In this document: positions 58,472 through 64,000 of the stretch, in pieces
Layout of the letters: each line of letters opens with the position of its first letter
Numbering within the stretch: the first letter of the stretch is position 1
Source of the DNA: an uncultured Rhodothermaceae bacterium
GTDB taxonomy: Bacteria; Bacteroidota; Rhodothermia; Rhodothermales; Bin80
Assembly (NCBI GenBank): GCA_964639665.1
Contig: CAZXEU010000045.1
Location: 2,367 to 66,366 of the forward strand
DNA: 64,000 nt
Reading direction: 5' to 3'
The notes under the pieces: model-generated
Database searches by the model: none
What the model saw: only the letters and a program-made list of their open reading frames with translations
Told to the model about the DNA's origin: nothing
Position numbers and translations under genes: made by a program

Positions 58472-59500
58472 CTACGGCGTGAACTCGAATACCGTGCCCA
58501 GCGTGTCCCCAAGCGCAAACAGGTAGTTGCCCGCCACATCCAGGTCCCTCCATCGGCCGGGGACCTCAAACGAGTAGGTGTATGATCCGTCGCGCGCGCC
58601 AAAAACATCTACAACCGTAGCTCCCCTTTCGGCCGAAAGGACGCGGGAATCCACATACAGCATTCCTTCGGAATAAGCCAGGATGTACTTCGCAAAAGTC
58701 CTCGATTTGAACCGCGTGACCGGCCCACCCATGATTTCCAGGGTCTCAAAGACGGGAGGCTCCACCTGGTCCAAGGTCTCCCGGGCATACACGACATCGC
58801 CCGACGCAGTAAAGCGGGCAATGAATCCGAAATGGGTAGGGCTGTAGACCAGGTCGCTGCCCACTGCCACAATTTCGCCGCCAAGGCCAAGCGGCTCCAG
58901 ATCCGACGTACCAAAAGTTTCGAGCGGCTGGTCCAATTGCCCGGTTGTGCCAAACATACCTCCATTCCGAGCAAGACTGCTCGCCATGAAGTAGTAGCGG
59001 CCTCCATCCGCTATGGCCATACGGAACGGTTGAAAGTCCAGTGTGAACGTTTCGAGCAATGCTCCATCCGGCCCAAACCTCGCTATTGAGCTCAGGACCG
59101 CATCAGGCACCTCGACACCGCCTGTCGCGCCAATCGATGGGCGCATCGGATTGGTGAATTCACCCGGCCCTTCTCCTCCTCCATGGCCATAGGTACGGAC
59201 GAACTCGCCCGAACCGTTAAATTGCTTAACCATCATGTCGCCATAGTCCAGAATATAGCTGCCGCCATTGGAGCTCCCGACGATGCTGGATGGCTGGTAG
59301 AGAATATGCTCTTCCGAAGCACCCAGTTCGGCTGCGGCTTCGAGCCCAACCTCTCGCCACTCGCGATCGGTTGTCTCCTGCTCGTAGATGGGATATGGAA
59401 AACCCTCGATCTGGCTAAGCACAAGGTTTGTTTCCGCCCGCTCTGAGCTGCCGCACGCGGCCAGAGCTACAAGGACTACGCACGCAAGTCTATGTTGCAT
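58472..59500 (-). CDS. 6-bladed beta-propeller (NHL-like) lipoprotein
   Basis: ORF trimmed to ATG at 59500 (MQHRLACVVLVALAACGSSE lipobox). The GEGPGEFTNP motif and repeated beta-strand blades are typical of the '6-bladed beta-propeller' family. Confidence 0.65.
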   Translation of the reverse strand: MQHRLACVVLVALAACGSSERAETNLVLSQIEGFPYPIYEQETTDREWREVGLEAAAELGASEEHILYQPSSIVGSSNGGSYILDYGDMMVKQFNGSGEFVRTYGHGGGEGPGEFTNPMRPSIGATGGVEVPDAVLSSIARFGPDGALLETFTLDFQPFRMAIADGGRYYFMASSLARNGGMFGTTGQLDQPLETFGTSDLEPLGLGGEIVAVGSDLVYSPTHFGFIARFTASGDVVYARETLDQVEPPVFETLEIMGGPVTRFKSRTFAKYILAYSEGMLYVDSRVLSAERGATVVDVFGARDGSYTYSFEVPGRWRDLDVAGNYLFALGDTLGTVFEFTP

Positions 59501-59580
59501 TTTCGGGACTCTGCTTTGGCTCAGCAAGAAGGTAAGGACCGGGTATCTCATCCGCCTCGCAAGACCAAGGCTTGCGTGCT

Positions 59581-59610
59581 AAGAAGACGCGGCACGCGCG
59601 TCCACTTTTT
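59581..59610. terminator. Bidirectional intrinsic-terminator-like hairpin
   Basis: GACGCG (59586-59591) pairs with CGCGTC (59597-59602) around the loop GCACG. It is followed by CACTTTTT on the plus strand and preceded by AAGAA (TTCTT on the minus strand). It lies about 125 nt downstream of the minus-strand gene ending at 59728. Confidence 0.4.
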
Positions 59611-59727
59611 CCGTAGCGTCAAGGGCTGGAAGCCACCTGGCGGACAAACGGCCCGGCATTCTCGGAATTGTCTGGAACCCACGTCATGCCGACGCCCGGC
59701 TGGAGGCGCCGCCAGCATAAATTCAAC

Positions 59728-60582
59728 TCAGGTCTCTTTCTCCTGTAACCACAAGGCACGGCCCGCAGCCTCCAGCGAACCGAACCAGCTAACACTCCAC
59801 AACGCGCCCAGCATGAGGAGCACTTGCTGCAACATGAACAGCGCAACAACGGCGCCTTTTCCGCCAGCTGCGAACTGCAACTCCGCCAGGAACGAGAGCG
59901 AGAAGCAGCCCAGACCGAAGAGCTTCCATACTCCGTAGACTAACAGCAATTGTGGCTGCCGCATAACCCCTTCGAATCCGTCCCTGATCGATGAGAGCGT
60001 GGAAGCGTCCGCCGTGGCTATGACGGCCCGCGAAACAGATCGCAGCACGTCAATTCCGATCAGTGTCGCAAGAAGAGGCAGAGGCAGGCAGACCGCCAAA
60101 ATCCAGTACGCCGCCACGGGACTCGAGGACGCCCTGGCGACGCCGACTGCCAGCATCAGCAAAACGGCGCCCAGTACCACTGAAAGCGCCGCGAACAGCA
60201 TGCCAACCAGGACGCTGCGAAGACCGAAGCGCACGGCCCCTCGCCAAAAGGAATGGCCCCTTTCGATTCCTAGAGCATGCACCAGACCCACACCCTTGGC
60301 CGCCTTCCACAGCATGACAATGGGAACGAACCAAAGCAGATGAAGGAAGCTGCGCCCGAGTGATCGGGCTTCCTCGCCCAGAATATCCGCCCACAGCACG
60401 ATGTCGGAGCCCGCGACCAGGTCGCTGCCAAAGCCCGTCGGGCCCACTATCGATCCCAGGGAGCGGGCAATCGGCGCTGCGAGCACTGCCGCAAACGCCA
60501 GCTGGACGCCATAAATCAGGACCACGAGGTCGAAGCGGCGCAGGGCACCGCCAAATCCGGCTCGCATCAAGTCCCCGGGCAT
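59728..60582 (-). CDS. Hypothetical polytopic membrane protein, translationally coupled to the upstream M1 peptidase
   Basis: ORF trimmed to ATG at 60582 ([37 protein letters not shown]...). This start shares one base with the upstream TGA (TGATG). Several long hydrophobic segments are present. I do not recognise any family. Confidence 0.6.
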   Translation of the reverse strand: MPGDLMRAGFGGALRRFDLVVLIYGVQLAFAAVLAAPIARSLGSIVGPTGFGSDLVAGSDIVLWADILGEEARSLGRSFLHLLWFVPIVMLWKAAKGVGLVHALGIERGHSFWRGAVRFGLRSVLVGMLFAALSVVLGAVLLMLAVGVARASSSPVAAYWILAVCLPLPLLATLIGIDVLRSVSRAVIATADASTLSSIRDGFEGVMRQPQLLLVYGVWKLFGLGCFSLSFLAELQFAAGGKGAVVALFMLQQVLLMLGALWSVSWFGSLEAAGRALWLQEKET

Positions 60583-62552
60583 CAGAGCCCCGCGATAGGA
60601 ATTAGCCGCTGAATCCAGACCGCAAGCGTGGTCCACGCCTTCAGCTCGAAGGAATCGCTGCCGCCGGACCTCAGCCGGTTGTTCAGCCGGTTTGCGTCCA
60701 GCCAAACCTCATTCTCCGGATCCAGGAACACCTCGGCTACAGGCCGCTCGAATTCCAGCACATGCTCGGCTGCATATCCATCCCAGAGGAAATCCTCCAT
60801 GCCACCATCCGCAAACCGTACGCGCACCGTCTGCGGGAATACACCGTCGCCCAGGCGGCCCAGCCGCACCCTCGCGCGGCCCTCGGTGCCCGCCTCAATC
60901 GCATCGACCGCGTAGTCCACAACGCTACTGCCGAAGACGTACTGGGAAAAGAACCAGTCCAGATCCTCGCCCGAGACCTCTTCGGCCACGATCTGAAAGT
61001 CCCTGGCGGTCGGATGCCGATAGCGCCACCGGTCGAAATATGTCCTGAAGACGTCCCGGGTGATCGGCCATCCGAGATAGCCTTCCAGAGTCCGCAGAAC
61101 GGTTGCCGCCTTCGAATACGAAGCCATCCCGTAGTCCGCTCCGCTCGCGTACTGCCAGGAATTCGTCTGCAATACCGCCCGGCTCGGCTCGGGCTTCGTG
61201 TAATTCAGGCGGTGCATCACGGCATCATCCAGGCGCAAGCCGGGAATCGCCATCAGGCTGCCCGGGCCGTAGGCTGTGTCCATGATCTTCGCCTCGAAGT
61301 AGGAGGTCATGCCCTCATCCAGCCAAGCCTCCTCAAACTCGTTGGAGGCCAGCAGCCCGTAGAAATACTGATGGCCGAACTCGTGGACGGTAACGACCTC
61401 TGGCAGGCGAACCCACGCCGGCATTCCGTAGGTCGTTCCGCAGGTGATCAGCATGGGATACTCCATGCCGTTGGCACCACCCAGTCCATCCACCAGGGTG
61501 AGCTCCGTATACGGATACGGACCCAGGATGTCATCGAATGCAGCAAGTGCGGCTTTGGCGGCCCTGAAGTGACGACGTGCCTGCCCCCTGTGCTCCGGCT
61601 GCAGCAACAGCCTGAGCGTTACGTGCTCCCATACGTCCTCAAGGGCAATGAATGCCGGGCTCGCTGTCCAGGCAAAGTCGTGCACATCCTGGGCGAAGTA
61701 CCGGAGGCGCTTTCTTGCGCCCTGCTCCCGCCGTTCCATCCGCACTCCCGTTGCACCGACCACGAATGCTGCGGGAACATCAATCGTCACTTCATAGGTG
61801 CCGAAGTCGGCATAGAACTCACTGTTGGCGTGAAACTGGTGCGTATTCCACCTGCCGCGGGGTGCATCCTCCGGCACGTATCTCTGGCCCGGCACCTCGT
61901 ATACACCGAGCTTCGGGAACCACTGCGCCACCATGAAGAACAGGCTCCCGTCGGGCTTCTCCTTGTAGCCGGTCCGCGCCACGATTTCGGGCAGCCGGGC
62001 CAGAAAGTGTGCGGAGACCCTTACCTCCGCCCCCGGCATTACCGGTGTCGGCAGCCGCACGTAGGCGACCGTGCTGTCATCCGTATTCCGGTCATCGGGC
62101 TGGAAGTACACCAGGCGGTCAGTAAGGTCCACCTGGCCATCGCGCGCCAAGACGGAAAGTCGCTCAACGTCTATACCACCCGGCGTGCCTCCCGACACAA
62201 AGCCGCGATGGCGCCCACCGCTCTCCCGCATAAAAGTGGACCTGCTGCTGCGAAACGCATTCAGATACAAATGGAACTGCAATGTGTCCACCGGCACAGA
62301 ATCAGGATTGCGCCAGGTAATCTGTGCCTGGCCGCGAATCGCGTGGCGATCTTCATCCAGCACAGCGTCCAGTACATACGCCACGCGGTTTTCGCTCCTG
62401 GGCGCGTCGTAAGTGGTCGGATGCTGCGCAAGTGCCGGAGGAGGAGCCAGCGTCAGCGCGGCCATCACACAGCAGACAGACAGGCAATGAATGAAACCCG
62501 CGCGGAGAACACCTGCAGGCTTGGGCGTTGAATTGCTATCCAGGTCTTGCAC
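60582..62552 (-). CDS. M1 family zinc metallopeptidase (aminopeptidase N-like), secreted
   Basis: [32 protein letters not shown] carries the HExxH-x18-E motif. The upstream exopeptidase-type region is GANGMEYP. The start is GTG at 62552 (signal-like ...[27 protein letters not shown]), with GTG at 62468 and ATG at 62465 as alternatives. Confidence 0.88.
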   Translation of the reverse strand: MQDLDSNSTPKPAGVLRAGFIHCLSVCCVMAALTLAPPPALAQHPTTYDAPRSENRVAYVLDAVLDEDRHAIRGQAQITWRNPDSVPVDTLQFHLYLNAFRSSRSTFMRESGGRHRGFVSGGTPGGIDVERLSVLARDGQVDLTDRLVYFQPDDRNTDDSTVAYVRLPTPVMPGAEVRVSAHFLARLPEIVARTGYKEKPDGSLFFMVAQWFPKLGVYEVPGQRYVPEDAPRGRWNTHQFHANSEFYADFGTYEVTIDVPAAFVVGATGVRMERREQGARKRLRYFAQDVHDFAWTASPAFIALEDVWEHVTLRLLLQPEHRGQARRHFRAAKAALAAFDDILGPYPYTELTLVDGLGGANGMEYPMLITCGTTYGMPAWVRLPEVVTVHEFGHQYFYGLLASNEFEEAWLDEGMTSYFEAKIMDTAYGPGSLMAIPGLRLDDAVMHRLNYTKPEPSRAVLQTNSWQYASGADYGMASYSKAATVLRTLEGYLGWPITRDVFRTYFDRWRYRHPTARDFQIVAEEVSGEDLDWFFSQYVFGSSVVDYAVDAIEAGTEGRARVRLGRLGDGVFPQTVRVRFADGGMEDFLWDGYAAEHVLEFERPVAEVFLDPENEVWLDANRLNNRLRSGGSDSFELKAWTTLAVWIQRLIPIAGL

Positions 62553-62554
62553 TC

Positions 62555-62818
62555 ATGAAGAGTTTTGAGGAGCTATTTGCCGAGCTTGAAGAGAAAGTGG
62601 CCACCCGGCATCCTACGTCCGGCACCGTTAGGGCTGTCGCTGCTGGCACCCACAGTATTGGAAAAAAGATCCTAGAGGAAGCCGGGGAGGTGTGGATGGC
62701 TGCCGAGCACGAAGGGCCTCGCCGGACGGCTGAAGAAATTGCCCAGCTGCTCTACCACGTCCAGGTCCTGATGCTTGCCTGCGACTTGAGCCTCGACGAC
62801 ATATACTCCCACCTTTGA
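62555..62818 (+). CDS. hisE: Phosphoribosyl-ATP pyrophosphatase (stand-alone HisE)
   Basis: ORF trimmed to ATG at 62555. [54 protein letters not shown]...[13 protein letters not shown] is typical of the MazG-like HisE fold. Confidence 0.88.
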   Translation: MKSFEELFAELEEKVATRHPTSGTVRAVAAGTHSIGKKILEEAGEVWMAAEHEGPRRTAEEIAQLLYHVQVLMLACDLSLDDIYSHL

Positions 62819-63660
62819 TGCTGCAAATAGCGCTTCCCAACAAGGGCAAGCTGGCGAGCGGATCCGTCGAACTGCTGCAGGCAGCCGGATACCATTGCAG
62901 TCGTGCTGGCCGCGAGCTTTCGGTGCGCGACGCCGCGCACGGCGTCGCTTTCCATTTTCTGCGTCCGAGAGATGTCGCCGTCTATGTCAGCAATGGTGTT
63001 CTTGACTTGGGCATCACCGGAAGGGACATGCTCGTCGACAGCTGCAAGGATCTGGTCGAGCTTCTTGCGCTCGGCTACGGAAGGGCGCGTTTCCATTACG
63101 CGTTGCCGATGGACGCCTGCGGAACCTCGCTTGAGGGCTTGCGCATTGCTACGTCTTATCCGGATCTGGTTGCGCGGGACCTGGCTGCGCGCGGTATCAA
63201 CGCGGACCTCGTGCCGCTTGACGGCGCCGTGGAGGTGTCCATCCAGCTGGGCGTAGCGGATGCCGTAGCCGACGTAGTGCAGACCGGACAGACCCTTGCC
63301 GATGCCGGGCTGGTAACCGCAGGACCGCCGATTCTGGAAACCGAAGCCATCCTGGTAGCGCGCGAACCGGTCGAAAAGCTCGGTCAGGCGGCCCGGCGAC
63401 TTGCCGAACGGCTGCGTGGCATCGTGCTGGCAAGGGAGTTTGTCATGGTCGAATACGACTGTCCGAAAGAACATCTTGACGCCGCCTGCGCCATTACTCC
63501 GGGAATAGAATCACCGACGCTTGCGCCGCTGAGCAAGTCCGGATGGGTTGCCGTAAAGGCCATGGCACGCTGGAAGGAGGCCAACCATATTATGGATGCG
63601 CTGGCAGAACTTGGTGCGAAGGGGATCCTGATCACCGAAATACGTACCTGCAGAATCTGA
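62815..63660 (+). CDS. hisG: ATP phosphoribosyltransferase, long form
   Basis: [25 protein letters not shown]...[24 protein letters not shown]... plus a C-terminal regulatory domain. The ATG overlaps the hisE stop (TGATG). Confidence 0.92.
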   Translation: MMLQIALPNKGKLASGSVELLQAAGYHCSRAGRELSVRDAAHGVAFHFLRPRDVAVYVSNGVLDLGITGRDMLVDSCKDLVELLALGYGRARFHYALPMDACGTSLEGLRIATSYPDLVARDLAARGINADLVPLDGAVEVSIQLGVADAVADVVQTGQTLADAGLVTAGPPILETEAILVAREPVEKLGQAARRLAERLRGIVLAREFVMVEYDCPKEHLDAACAITPGIESPTLAPLSKSGWVAVKAMARWKEANHIMDALAELGAKGILITEIRTCRI

Positions 63661-63667
63661 CTCCCGC

Positions 63668-64000
63668 ATGCGGCTTCTATTGCCGGGTATGCTTCTTCTG
63701 GCATCGTGCAGTGAACCAACCCTCGATGCGCGGCTAAGCAGCATCATCGCGCGCCATGAAGGCGCCGTTGTCGCCGTATCGATACGCGACAGGGATTTTG
63801 CGCTCGATTTGGGGGCTGACCGCCCCTTCCATGCTGCCAGCACCATGAAGGTGCCGGTCATGATCGAGCTTTTCCGGCGTCACGAAAGCGGCTTGTTGTC
63901 GCTGGACAGCACCCTCTTGGTCAGAAACTCCTTTCGCTCCATCGTGGACAGCTCCTTGTACAGTATTGAAGACGACTCCGACGAGGACATCTACCAGCAA
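63668..64000 (+). CDS. Class A beta-lactamase-related serine hydrolase, lipoprotein; 3' end lies beyond the window
   Basis: Absent from the ORF track because it is open to the window edge. Manual translation from ATG at 63668 gives MRLLLPGMLLLASCSEPTLDARLSSIIARHEGAVVAVSIRDRDFALDLGADRPFHAASTMKVPVMIELFRRHESGLLSLDSTLLVRNSFRSIVD... It has a lipobox and the active-site S-x-x-K motif (STMK). Confidence 0.75.
   Translation, partial: MRLLLPGMLLLASCSEPTLDARLSSIIARHEGAVVAVSIRDRDFALDLGADRPFHAASTMKVPVMIELFRRHESGLLSLDSTLLVRNSFRSIVDSSLYSIEDDSDEDIYQQ

Overview
High-GC bacterial chromosomal window, almost fully coding. A type-A T9SS C-terminal sorting domain, 'PVC-type' heme-binding dehydrogenases, many Tat/lipoprotein signals and weak Shine-Dalgarno usage suggest an FCB-group organism (Rhodothermia/Balneolia-like); this taxonomic call is inference only. 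The supplied ORF track reports the longest ATG/GTG/TTG ORF, so I trimmed many starts to the first start codon that yields a sensible signal peptide or family-typical N-terminus.

Gene content by region:
- 1-9.5 kb: sulfatase-rich polysaccharide-uptake region. It holds a TonB-dependent receptor N-terminus at the left edge, three Cys-type sulfatases, a giant SGNH/propeller/HEAT/cytochrome-c protein and a CBM9-like protein.
- 9.5-14.3 kb: the only clearly accessory-looking stretch. It holds an NrtR-like Nudix-wHTH regulator divergent from an ARPP-1/DUF6569-like protein behind a very AT-rich promoter. These are followed by about 0.8 kb without a coherent ORF and a Schlafen/AlbA_2-type ATP-binding regulator gene broken by two in-frame TAA codons.
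- 14.3-32.7 kb: a long, mostly co-directional cluster. It holds Gfo/Idh/MocA oxidoreductases, xylose-isomerase-like TIM barrels, DUF1080, ThuA-sugar dehydrogenase, FG-GAP/DUF1080, AKR, lactonase, HIBADH-like, PhoD-like and LarA-like genes. This looks like a periplasmic oxidative (3-keto) glycoside pathway, with no classical glycoside hydrolase visible.
- 32.7-49.8 kb: a fourth sulfatase, a secreted 14-blade WD40 protein with a T9SS CTD, an SDR, DUF2911, an amidohydrolase, PhyH, a second PVC-type heme dehydrogenase, an MFS transporter, a GlcD/GlcF-like fusion and a PQQ-type sugar dehydrogenase.
- 49.8-64 kb: housekeeping genes. These are ruvB interrupted by a 234-aa mini-intein in the Walker A loop, rpoN, a class-V aminotransferase, a 1.6-kb gene-poor gap, katG, a beta-propeller lipoprotein, a membrane protein coupled to an M1 peptidase, hisE-hisG and a class-A beta-lactamase-like hydrolase at the right edge.

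No rRNA, tRNA, CRISPR array, transposase or integrase was recognised.

Most interesting items: the NrtR-like/ARPP-1 pair, the RuvB P-loop intein, and the glycoside-hydrolase-free oxidative sugar cluster.

Limits: all family assignments come from motif reading and memory, not from searches.
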